From a virus (taxonomy: Duplodnaviria > Caudoviricetes): 47,896 nucleotides of DNA. Positions 33,772 through 42,012 of this stretch are shown in pieces (position 1 is the stretch's first letter; the number at the start of each line of letters is the position of its first letter). The stretch covers positions 1 to 47,896 of the IMG/VR virus record IMGVR_UViG_3300012943_000013. One strand, written 5' to 3'. Below the pieces are notes generated by a model. It worked only from the letters and a program-made list of their open reading frames with translations, had not been told where the DNA came from and ran no database searches. A program made the position numbers and the translations under genes.

Positions 33772-35309
33772 CCGCCACCGCCGAGAACCTGGAACTCGTC
33801 CCCGCCTACGACCGCATCGCCCTCGTCGACCTGAGCGCCCGCTTCAAGCAGACGTTCCACTCGGGCGAGCCGAGCACGGCAGCCGAGCGCACGATGGCGG
33901 AGCTGACCTCCATCAGCGCGGATGTCGAGCACATGATCATCTGCGCCGACGCGCCGCCCTACAAGCGCGCGGCGGTCTTCCCGGACTACAAGGCGCACCG
34001 GGAGGAGCCGACCCAGCAGGAGGTCTACCAGAAGAAGCTGCTAGGGCGCCTGCTCAAGCAGCGCGGCTGGCCCGTTGCCAAGGTGGACGGGTACGAGGCG
34101 GACGACGTCATCGCGACGCTCGCCCGCATCTACGGGCAGTGGTGCCCCGAGGTGCTCATCCTCGGCGCCGACAAGGACCTGGCCCAGTGCATCACGGCCA
34201 ACGTGCTGCAGATTGTCCCCGCCTCCGGCGAACGCCAGACGGCGCGGCGCGATATCAAGGGCTGCAAGCAGAAGTTCAAGGTGCTGCCCGAGCACATGCG
34301 GCTCTACCAGGCGCTCTGCGGCGACAAGGAAGACAACGTCCCGGGCGTTCGTGGCATCGGCGCGAGCGGCGCGGCCACCATCGTCGACCAGCTCGTCGAG
34401 GCGAAGCTGCCGGTCACCCCGGAGGGCATGGTCGAATTCCTCGCCTACGCCAAGGAGGCGCCGCCGCGCCCCTGGTCCCTCGTCGCCGACCACTGGGAGC
34501 AGCTGCGCCTGTCCTTCGTCCTGGTCACCCTCGACACCAACGTCCCCCTCGACGCCGACGCCTTGCTCGCCAAGCCCACACGACCGGAGCCCACCCTGAT
34601 GCCACAGCCCGAAGAGACCCCGGCCCCCGCCAACGAAGTGACCGAAGCCGAATTCGATCCCATCAGCGACAACCGTGAGGAGAAGCCTGCACTGCCTCCG
34701 AAGCCGGCACCCGTTGCCACCGAGCCCGCTCCCGCCGCGACGGCCATCGTCAAGGTCAAGGAGTGGGGCACGGTCGACGGCAAGCTGCAGCCAACGGACC
34801 TCCAGAGCGCCTGGCAGATCAGCAAGATGCTGTGCGCCAGCGGTCAGTACGGCAAGAAGTTCGGCACAGCCGAGGCCGTGTTCGCCGTGCTGATGCGGGG
34901 GCGCGAGCTGGGCATCAGCGCCGGCACCGCGCTGCTCGGCTTCCACGTCATCGAGGGCAAGCCGAGCGCGAGCGCCGATCTCCTCCGGGCCCTCGCCGAG
35001 GGGGACCCCAATTGCGAGTACTTCATGCTCGTCTCGTCCGACGACAAGCACGCCACCTGGGAGACCAAGCACAAGAAGCACCCGAGGCCCAAGCCCTTCA
35101 CCTACACCATCGAGCAGGCCCTGCTCGTCCCCGAGTACTGGAAGAAGGACAAGTGGGGCAACGACCCCAACTGGGTCAAGCGCCCCGAGGACATGCTGAT
35201 CAAGACGGCGGGCTCGAAGCTCGCGCGCCTCGTGTACCCTCGCGCCTGCCTCGGCCTCTACTGCGCCGAGGAGATGGGCCTCCAGACGTACGAGGAGGCC
35301 GCCGCATGA
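33768..35309 (+). CDS. fusion: FEN/PolI-type 5'-3' exonuclease plus RecT/Redbeta-like ssDNA annealing protein
   Basis: Exo: 'PDYKAHR','YEADDVIATLA','ADKDLAQ','GDKEDNVPGVRGIG'. Pro/Ala/Glu linker. SSAP: 'RGRELGI..AL.GFHVIEGKP','W.KRPEDML...LARLVYP'. Confidence 0.8.
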   Translation: MTATAENLELVPAYDRIALVDLSARFKQTFHSGEPSTAAERTMAELTSISADVEHMIICADAPPYKRAAVFPDYKAHREEPTQQEVYQKKLLGRLLKQRGWPVAKVDGYEADDVIATLARIYGQWCPEVLILGADKDLAQCITANVLQIVPASGERQTARRDIKGCKQKFKVLPEHMRLYQALCGDKEDNVPGVRGIGASGAATIVDQLVEAKLPVTPEGMVEFLAYAKEAPPRPWSLVADHWEQLRLSFVLVTLDTNVPLDADALLAKPTRPEPTLMPQPEETPAPANEVTEAEFDPISDNREEKPALPPKPAPVATEPAPAATAIVKVKEWGTVDGKLQPTDLQSAWQISKMLCASGQYGKKFGTAEAVFAVLMRGRELGISAGTALLGFHVIEGKPSASADLLRALAEGDPNCEYFMLVSSDDKHATWETKHKKHPRPKPFTYTIEQALLVPEYWKKDKWGNDPNWVKRPEDMLIKTAGSKLARLVYPRACLGLYCAEEMGLQTYEEAAA

Positions 35310-35548
35310 GGACCGCCGCCAAGCGCTCGACCGTCACCGTCATCAGCGGCGAGGTCAGCCTCGAGGAGGTGGTCAAGTGGATCAGCCGGGAGCTGCCCAT
35401 CCCCAAGGGCTCCGAGGTCAAGGTGTGGGTCGGCGATGACCCGCTCGACATGGCCGTCAACCTCGGCAACCCCCTGCGCTTCACGGTGCAGTGGACGGGG
35501 TCGGAGGACCTGGCCCTGCAGGCTACCACTCGCGAGGTTGGAGCCTAG
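35306..35548 (+). CDS. hypothetical protein
   Basis: ATGA coupling; 80 aa. Confidence 0.6.
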   Translation: MRTAAKRSTVTVISGEVSLEEVVKWISRELPIPKGSEVKVWVGDDPLDMAVNLGNPLRFTVQWTGSEDLALQATTREVGA

Positions 35549-35693
35549 CCCGCCCCGCGAACCGCACCCAGTATTCGAGCAGAGCGTCGCCGATCACTTC
35601 GGCGGCGCTCTTGTTTTGTGCAGCCGCGATGCGCGCTACCCGCTCCGCCAGCTCGGGGGTGAGCACAGGCACTCGCGAATGAGAGCGACCCAC
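35523..35693 (-). CDS. ribbon-helix-helix-like small DNA-binding protein
   Basis: 'LTPELAERVARIAAAQNKSAAEVIGDALLEY'. Confidence 0.45.
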   Translation of the reverse strand: MGRSHSRVPVLTPELAERVARIAAAQNKSAAEVIGDALLEYWVRFAGRARLQPREW

Positions 35694-35962
35694 TGATGGG
35701 CCTTGCGCCACTCGTTCGTCGGGAACCTGAGCACCCTCCACCCGAGCAGCGTCGCCTGGTTCAACTTCTCGCAGTCGTTCCTCTGCCCCCCGTACGTGCG
35801 GTGGTACTTCCCGTCCACCTCCACCGCCAGCTTCTGGCTCGGGAAGGCGAAGTCGAAGCGCCAGCGCCTCGTCGGGTGGAACTGGTACTCGCGAACCAGG
35901 TCCCACCCCTCGATGGGGCTTTGCTCCAGAGCGGCGGCCAGGCATTCCTCCCCCTTACTCAT
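35636..35962 (-). CDS. PD-(D/E)xK endonuclease (DUF559/Vsr-like; possible resolvase)
   Basis: 'EYQFHPTRRWRFDFA...AVEVDG...DCEKLN.A.LLGWRVLRF'. Confidence 0.8.
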   Translation of the reverse strand: MSKGEECLAAALEQSPIEGWDLVREYQFHPTRRWRFDFAFPSQKLAVEVDGKYHRTYGGQRNDCEKLNQATLLGWRVLRFPTNEWRKAHQWVALIRECLCSPPSWRSG

Positions 35963-36179
35963 CGTAGCGGTTCGGCGAGCGCTTGAGCACCACCGTCTTG
36001 GCCGAGGCGCGCGCCGCTGCCGTCGCCGAGTCGACCTGCTTGCGGATGCCCTCGACGTCCTTGAACGTGAGCGGGTGGGGCGGGTCGCCCTTCGGCTCGC
36101 TCAGCTTGACGATGACCCACTCGATGCCCTTGAGCGCGTAGAGACCGAGCGCGCGGGTGAGGCGCGGGGGGATCTTCAT
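35955..36179 (-). CDS. hypothetical protein downstream of the endolysin
   Basis: ATGA-coupled, 74 aa (MKIPPRLTRALG...). Confidence 0.55.
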   Translation of the reverse strand: MKIPPRLTRALGLYALKGIEWVIVKLSEPKGDPPHPLTFKDVEGIRKQVDSATAAARASAKTVVLKRSPNRYDE

Positions 36180-36643
36180 TGGCCCCTCACGAGCTGGAAG
36201 TGCGGCATGTCGATGAGCGGGTGCTTGCCGGGGCGTGCCTTCCGGAAGCGCGCCCCGTACGCCTCGATGGCTTCTTCGAGGTGGTCGGGGTCGAGACTCG
36301 CGAGCTCCCGGTCCCAGACGCCACCCCATACGAGCCGCACCGACAGGTCCCGGCTCGCCTGCAGCATCACCCTGGCGACCGCGAGGCACAGCGGCGCCTG
36401 CCACTGCAGCCGCCCCTCGATGTACGGCACGAGGTCGACGGCGTGCCCGTCGAGGTGCTCGCTGTCGAGCGTGCGGCTCACGCCCGAGGCGAACAGAACC
36501 TTCTGCCGCTCGAGCGAGCGCCGCCCCTCGTGCACCCCGAAGTCGACCGGGGTGCGTTTGATGGCGTAGCGCACGCAGCACACGAGCTTGGGCTGCACGT
36601 CGAGCAAATGCGCCTCACTGGTTTTGCCGAGAAAGAACGTCAT
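36176..36643 (-). CDS. endolysin, M15 L-Ala-D-Glu-type peptidase
   Basis: 'EGRRSLERQ','SEHLDGHAVD','WGGVW','DMPHFQL'; GGAGG RBS. Confidence 0.9.
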   Translation of the reverse strand: MTFFLGKTSEAHLLDVQPKLVCCVRYAIKRTPVDFGVHEGRRSLERQKVLFASGVSRTLDSEHLDGHAVDLVPYIEGRLQWQAPLCLAVARVMLQASRDLSVRLVWGGVWDRELASLDPDHLEEAIEAYGARFRKARPGKHPLIDMPHFQLVRGQ

Positions 36644-36721
36644 CGGTCCTCCGCTGTGACGAGAATGACCAGCGCCCACACCGCGAGCACCGCGATGACA
36701 CCGACACGATCTGCGGCGCCA

Positions 36722-37231
36722 TCACAGCCCCACCCCCTTGAGGATGTCGGCGAGCCAGGGCCACTGCGTCGCGAGCACCTTGAGCACGACGAGACCCACC
36801 GTGCCGCCGACGGTGTACTTGCCCCCGCCGAGCGCGAAGTGCGCGGCCCGAGCCGACACGGGGACAGCCGGCTCCTTCTTCTCCTCGCTGTCCTTGCCGC
36901 CACGCAGCAACGCCAGCTCGCGATGGAAGATGTCCATCCGCCCGTTGACGGTGCCCGAGAGGCCATCAGACTGGCGCGCCATCTTGCGCTGGACGTGCAG
37001 CACTTCGGTGCTCGAGGCCCACGCCTTGCCGAGCACGATCTCGATCTCGCTGAGCTTGTCCATCAGCTGGGCGTTGCTCGGCTGCTTGCGAGTGAGCAGC
37101 GCGAACGGCTCGCTCGGCACGCGCGGGGGCGGCGGGATGACGGGATGCCGCTGAGTGCTCGGCGGCTCATCCTCCTCGACCACCACCACCTCCGGTTCCT
37201 GATGACGAGGCGGCAGCGGCGGCGGCTTCAC
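36722..37231 (-). CDS. membrane-anchored lysis-cassette protein (holin/spanin candidate)
   Basis: Coiled coil plus C-terminal hydrophobic helices; upstream of the endolysin. Confidence 0.5.
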   Translation of the reverse strand: MKPPPLPPRHQEPEVVVVEEDEPPSTQRHPVIPPPPRVPSEPFALLTRKQPSNAQLMDKLSEIEIVLGKAWASSTEVLHVQRKMARQSDGLSGTVNGRMDIFHRELALLRGGKDSEEKKEPAVPVSARAAHFALGGGKYTVGGTVGLVVLKVLATQWPWLADILKGVGL

Positions 37232-37458
37232 GGCGCTCCTGCGTCCGGGTGTTGCACCTTGCAGGCGTGCACCCGCTCCCAGATGTCGACCGCATCGTAG
37301 ATCGTCAACATCCCCGGGTCTGGCGGTAGGACTTTGAGCGCGTCGAGCTGACACCGCGCCATAGGTGAGAGCTGCGCTCCTGTGCCACAGGCCCAGACGA
37401 TGAGGGCAACCACCGCGCTCGACACGACCCCCACACCGACCTTGACCGATGGGCGCAT
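37228..37458 (-). CDS. lipoprotein (lysis cassette, spanin-like candidate)
   Basis: AAGGAGG RBS; signal peptide with lipobox-like VWA-C. Confidence 0.65.
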   Translation of the reverse strand: MRPSVKVGVGVVSSAVVALIVWACGTGAQLSPMARCQLDALKVLPPDPGMLTIYDAVDIWERVHACKVQHPDAGAP

Positions 37459-37476
37459 ACGCACCTCCTTCGATAC

Positions 37477-37505
37477 ATACTACTGCACGGATGCACCGGG
37501 GTCAA
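37477..37505 (-). promoter_or_regulatory. sigma70-like promoter for the lysis cassette
   Basis: TTGACC-17 nt-TAGTAT. Confidence 0.65.
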
Positions 37506-37507
37506 AG

Positions 37508-37536
37508 TTGACCGGCGATTGACGCGCAGCTACGTT
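37508..37536 (+). promoter_or_regulatory. back-to-back sigma70-like promoter
   Basis: TTGACC-17 nt-TACGTT. Confidence 0.55.
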
Positions 37537-37542
37537 CTGTCA

Positions 37543-37705
37543 GCGTTCTTCGGTGTGACTCGCGTCTGGGCAGCCAGAACGGTGGTGGCGGGACCGGTAT
37601 CCCGTCTCAGGCTGGGCTCGTTCCTATAGCCCCAATGCGTCGACCCCCGCGCAGGCCGTAAGGGGGCGCTTCATTCCAGGTCCGTTGCACGCCGTGCAAC
37701 ACCTG
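37543..37705 (+). ncRNA. structured sRNA / 5' leader candidate
   Basis: Five consecutive hairpins downstream of the promoter. Confidence 0.4.
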
Positions 37706-37718
37706 CCAGACTGAAGGC

Positions 37719-37997
37719 ATGGGGAATCAAGGCTTCACCCCCCGGGGTGATACGTGGATGGTGCTCGCTCTGGTAGTGGTGCTGGGTGCTCCGGCGGGGT
37801 GTAGCGCTCCCCCCGTTCTCCCGCCGGAGCGACCTAACGATGCTGGCGCCGACGCTGGCTGCGGCCCGAGCTTCGACGAAGCAGTCGAAGCCTTCGCGCC
37901 CGAGCGCGTCTGCCAGACCATCGTCTACGATCGCGTGACGGGGTACTGCAGCTTCTGGCACCCGTGCTCGGAGCTCACGAGTACTCCTCGACGATGA
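37719..37997 (+). CDS. small lipoprotein moron (superinfection-exclusion candidate)
   Basis: Hydrophobic stretch plus PAG-C lipobox, DAGADAG linker, paired Cys; opposite to the late operon. Confidence 0.55.
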   Translation: MGNQGFTPRGDTWMVLALVVVLGAPAGCSAPPVLPPERPNDAGADAGCGPSFDEAVEAFAPERVCQTIVYDRVTGYCSFWHPCSELTSTPRR

Positions 37998-40900
37998 CGA
38001 TGCCGGGGGAGCCGTTGCCGCCTGCGCGGTCCGTCGTGCTGGCGAGCGATAGCCCGCCACCGCCACCTGCGCCGGGCCCGCTCGCGGCTCCGCCGTTGCT
38101 GCTGCCCGTCACGAAGGCCACGCCACGCCCAGCGCCGCAGCCCTCGTAGCCGACGCCGCCGTTGCCGGCGTTGCCCCACGGCGTGCCCTCGAGGTTGAAG
38201 GCGTAGCCCGGCGCCCCTTCGTCGCCCTTGCCCCGCCAGAACGCCCCGGTCGCGCTGGGCAGCGTGCCGCCGTCTCCGCCGTACGCAGCGACGGGCGTGG
38301 CGCTCAGCGTGCCCAAGCCTCCGCCTGAGCCGCCAGGGGCCGTGCGTGTTGCACTGCCGTCGTGGAACGTGGTGTCGCCACCGTTGCCACCGACGTCGGC
38401 GGTAGCGCCCGTACCGCCGGCGCCGATGGCGTAAGCACTGGACGTGGGCACGGCCGTGATGTCGAGCCGCAGGTCAGCGCCCGCGCCGCCGCCGCCGCCC
38501 GCTGCTGCGCCCACCGCAGTGCCGCCGCCCTCGATGCCGCCACCGGCGCCGCCTCCGCCCTTCATGCGCACGACGGCACGACGGGTGCGCAGGTTGTACG
38601 TGTGGGTGCCGCTGCCCGTGAGGTAGACCGTGCGCGCAATGAGGCGGCCTGCCCCGCCCTCGGCGATGACGCGCCAGCGGCTGTTGGCGTAGAAGACCGT
38701 TCCCTGGATTCCGGCTCCGACGATGTCGAGGGCGTCGAGCATCACCATCCGGTTCGTCGAGGTGGCCGTGGCGTCTTCGTAGAAGAGCGTCGCGACTTCG
38801 CTCTGCGACAGTGCCAGGCGGAACCAGAAGCCGTCAGTCTTCGCCGTGAAGCCTTCGAACTGGTAGGCGCCCGCCGGGCTCGACACGATGAGGGTGCCGC
38901 CGACGTCGAGCGTCGAGATGTTGACGGTGCCCTGGTTGCCGCTGATGCCCGTCAGGGTGATGGTGCTGGTCGACCCCGCGGTGGCGGCAATGGTGACGTC
39001 GAGCTCCTGATCTGTCGGGTCATCTACGGGGGTGATCGTGATGCCCGTGCCGGGGATCAGGTTCAGGCGACGGCGCACGTAATCGGTGGCGCCGCTGTTG
39101 ACGCGCACGGTGTAGCGCGGGACGTTCGAAATGCGCCAGCGGGCGAACCCGCCGCCGTCCGTCATGTGGCGCAGGAGCGCGGCGTCGTTGTAGGCGTGCA
39201 GGAAGTAGGTGGCGCTGGCCGGGGTCCAGATGCTGTCGCTGTCGGTGTTGTTGTCCCGGAGCTCGAGCCAGCCGTCGGTGCCTTCCTTCCGGATGGTGAC
39301 CTCGACGCCCGCGTTGCCGGCGCCATGCGAGATGCCGGTGATGATGACGGCGCCGTTGCTCGTGGGGTTGACCAGGACCTCGGTGGTCGTGGCCGCGAGC
39401 GTCAGCTTGTAACTGCCCGGGGCGAGGTTGAATGTTTCGCGCGAGTCGCTGGCAACGTGGTGCGCCCAGTTGGGGATGTTGTTCCGCAGCACCCGCGTCG
39501 TGGCCTGGCCCGGCGTGTTGAGCAGCGGCCCCGTCAGCGACCCAAGCAGACGGTTGCCCTCGATGACGTAGTTGTCCGAGCCGCTCGCAACGCTGATGCC
39601 GTAGCGGTGACCGTCGGTCGCGCCCGTCGCAGTGCCAATGTGGCAGTTGGCGATGGTGAACCGGTCGGCGCCGTTGGTAACCTCGATGCCGTCGCGCGTG
39701 TTCGTGGTCGTGAGCCCGATGCTCGCGAACGTCATGTCGGCAATGATCCCGTCGCTGGCCGCGACGGTCATCCCCGCCTTTGCCGTGCCGAACACCTCGC
39801 CGCCGACGAATTCCCAGCCGCCGCTACAGCCCGACCCGATGACGATGCCGGAGCCTTCGAGAACGCTGGTCACGAAGACCTGGTTCATGCGCGCCGCCGC
39901 CCCCGCCGAGAGCGTGATGCCGCTGGTGAAGGGGTGGTCGATCTGCAGGTTCTGCACGCGGGTAAAGAGCGGCGTCGACCCGGAGCCTGGCGCGCTGTCC
40001 GAGACGGCGAGTCCCGTGCCGCCCTGCAGGGTGCCGCAGTCGATGACCTCGAAAGTGTGCGCGTAGCTATCTTGCAGAAACCATGTCATCAGCGGCATCG
40101 CAAACACCCAGTTCACGCCCCCATCGCTGATGGTCGTCGAGTGTGCGTTGCCGGGGGTTGTGCCGCTGCCGCTCGGCGCGGTAGCCCCGCTCGTGCCGTT
40201 CGAGATGGCCTGGTAGATGGCGCTATTGGAGAAGACGATGTTGCCGATGACGTAGGCGTGGCCGCTGGCCCACACCGAGGCGGCGCCGACGACGGCCGCG
40301 GGGTAGTCGGTGCCGCATACGCACTGCTCGAAGCGGACGGCGTGGTTGTAGAAGCCGCCCGAGCCATGGGCGAGGAAGCCGAAGACGCCGTACAGGTCAG
40401 AGAGGTGGGTCTCTTTGATGTCCGTGAAGACCGTGTTTAGAATCTCCACCCCAAAGCACATATTGGTGATGACCACCTGGTTCATGTGCGCGCGGTAGGT
40501 CCCATCGAACTTGACGGCCCACCCTCCGGTGTAGATGCGGGCGCCAACGATCCACAGGTTCTCCAGGCTGCAGTACTGGCCCAGGAAGAACGTGAAGACG
40601 TCGATGTTGGTGGGCGAGTCGACCTGCAGGATGGTGCCACCGTTGAAGGCGCCACGCCCGATGATGCGGATGTTGTTGTTGGTGATCGTGGTCAGCGCGG
40701 CGGTGATGCGGTGCCGGCTGCCCAAGTAGATGACGCCGGGGGCGGCGTTGGCGGCGGCGATGGCGGCGTTGATGGCGGCAGTGTCGTCGCCCGCCAGTGA
40801 CCCGCTCGCATTGAACGGGTACGCCATGACGTCGTAGATGGGGGCGCCCGGGAAGATGGCCGAGAGCGTGCGGAAGTCGACGGTGTTCGCCGCCGTGCTC

Positions 40901-41550
40901 GTCGCCAGAAACTGCCGGGGGCCATCGGCGGGTCCGATGGCGGTGCCCGGAACCGTCGTGCCCTGACTCGCGACGCCCGGAATGAACGAGAGCACCACCT
41001 CGTCGCCATCAACGAATGGGTTTTCGTCGGGGGCGCCCTCGATGGGACTGATGACCAGGTCCCAAAAGACGCCATTGTTGGCCATCGAGGTGAGGTCTGC
41101 CCGCAGAAAGCGGTTCGGATTCGTGGCGTGGCTGAGCGTGACAGTGCCGAGCGGCTCCGTCACGCTGCCCGCCATTACGTTGAACCAGGGGGCAACGTTC
41201 TGAAGGCGCGCGTTATTGACCTGCGCGATGATGCGCGTCGCTGCGTGCTGGTCCGTATCGTTGAGCCGCAGGCGCCCCTCGGACGGGTCGGCGTCGGCGG
41301 TCGCTTCCGAGAAGTAGAACTGCAGCGGGTTGCCGCTCGGCGCGTTGTCGCGTACCCGCAGGTAGGTGTCGTTGACCTTGCTGCGCGCAGAGCGCACGAC
41401 CGGGACGAGCTCCCGATTGAGGTAGTCGATCAGGTTCTCGATCGTCGCCCGCCCAGTGAACGGACGGATCGCTTGCACGACGCCAGTGCTACCGTTCTGG
41501 TAGCCCGACTCGCGCTGCGTCTGACTCAGCTGCCTATTGTCGCACGCCAT
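37975..41550 (-). CDS. tailspike/tail fibre: beta-helix depolymerase-like domain plus Gly-rich tip
   Basis: 'DDTAAINAAIAAA..GVIYL' pectate-lyase-3-like start, beta-helix rungs, C-terminal GGGGAGG repeats ending 'GIVIVEEY'. Confidence 0.85.
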   Translation of the reverse strand: MACDNRQLSQTQRESGYQNGSTGVVQAIRPFTGRATIENLIDYLNRELVPVVRSARSKVNDTYLRVRDNAPSGNPLQFYFSEATADADPSEGRLRLNDTDQHAATRIIAQVNNARLQNVAPWFNVMAGSVTEPLGTVTLSHATNPNRFLRADLTSMANNGVFWDLVISPIEGAPDENPFVDGDEVVLSFIPGVASQGTTVPGTAIGPADGPRQFLATSTAANTVDFRTLSAIFPGAPIYDVMAYPFNASGSLAGDDTAAINAAIAAANAAPGVIYLGSRHRITAALTTITNNNIRIIGRGAFNGGTILQVDSPTNIDVFTFFLGQYCSLENLWIVGARIYTGGWAVKFDGTYRAHMNQVVITNMCFGVEILNTVFTDIKETHLSDLYGVFGFLAHGSGGFYNHAVRFEQCVCGTDYPAAVVGAASVWASGHAYVIGNIVFSNSAIYQAISNGTSGATAPSGSGTTPGNAHSTTISDGGVNWVFAMPLMTWFLQDSYAHTFEVIDCGTLQGGTGLAVSDSAPGSGSTPLFTRVQNLQIDHPFTSGITLSAGAAARMNQVFVTSVLEGSGIVIGSGCSGGWEFVGGEVFGTAKAGMTVAASDGIIADMTFASIGLTTTNTRDGIEVTNGADRFTIANCHIGTATGATDGHRYGISVASGSDNYVIEGNRLLGSLTGPLLNTPGQATTRVLRNNIPNWAHHVASDSRETFNLAPGSYKLTLAATTTEVLVNPTSNGAVIITGISHGAGNAGVEVTIRKEGTDGWLELRDNNTDSDSIWTPASATYFLHAYNDAALLRHMTDGGGFARWRISNVPRYTVRVNSGATDYVRRRLNLIPGTGITITPVDDPTDQELDVTIAATAGSTSTITLTGISGNQGTVNISTLDVGGTLIVSSPAGAYQFEGFTAKTDGFWFRLALSQSEVATLFYEDATATSTNRMVMLDALDIVGAGIQGTVFYANSRWRVIAEGGAGRLIARTVYLTGSGTHTYNLRTRRAVVRMKGGGGAGGGIEGGGTAVGAAAGGGGGAGADLRLDITAVPTSSAYAIGAGGTGATADVGGNGGDTTFHDGSATRTAPGGSGGGLGTLSATPVAAYGGDGGTLPSATGAFWRGKGDEGAPGYAFNLEGTPWGNAGNGGVGYEGCGAGRGVAFVTGSSNGGAASGPGAGGGGGLSLASTTDRAGGNGSPGIVIVEEYS

Positions 41551-41565
41551 CGAGCGCCCTTAGTG

Positions 41566-42003
41566 TTAGTTGTCGACCAGCAGCGCTCCGTCTGGCACCT
41601 TGCTCGTCGCCTTGTGGCTGTTGAGCGCCATCTGCGGCTGGAAGATGGTGAGCTGCTCGGTCGCGTTCGTGTATTGAAAGCGCACGTCCTTGTACATGCC
41701 GATGTACACCTCGTCGGTGTAGACGTCGGCCACCGCTGCGGCGTTGTCATCGTCGGCGTCGGCGGTCGTCTTGCTGTAGAACGGCAGCCACGTCGTGCCC
41801 TTGTCCGTCGAGTAGCTGCCGGTGATGGTGCCCGTCGCGGTGCCACCGTCGCTCGCCGTGCGCAGGCTGAACTGGAACCACTGCTGCCCGAGCAGATGCA
41901 GGCTGCCGCCGGGCGGATAGGCGGTGACGCTGTTGAACAGGGTGACGGTGCCGGACGTTGCCGGGATGCCCGCGGTGTACTCGATGATGGTCTGGTCGTT
42001 CAT
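41566..42003 (-). CDS. virion beta-sandwich protein, paralogue of the 42013..43149 N-domain
   Basis: Long identical blocks such as SLRTASDGGTATGTITGSYS. Confidence 0.75.
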   Translation of the reverse strand: MNDQTIIEYTAGIPATSGTVTLFNSVTAYPPGGSLHLLGQQWFQFSLRTASDGGTATGTITGSYSTDKGTTWLPFYSKTTADADDDNAAAVADVYTDEVYIGMYKDVRFQYTNATEQLTIFQPQMALNSHKATSKVPDGALLVDN

Positions 42004-42012
42004 GGCTCGCTT

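Noticed and set aside
33768-35309. Truncated DNA polymerase I
   Set aside because: The C-terminal half has no 3'-5' exonuclease or PolA motifs and instead matches an SSAP pattern
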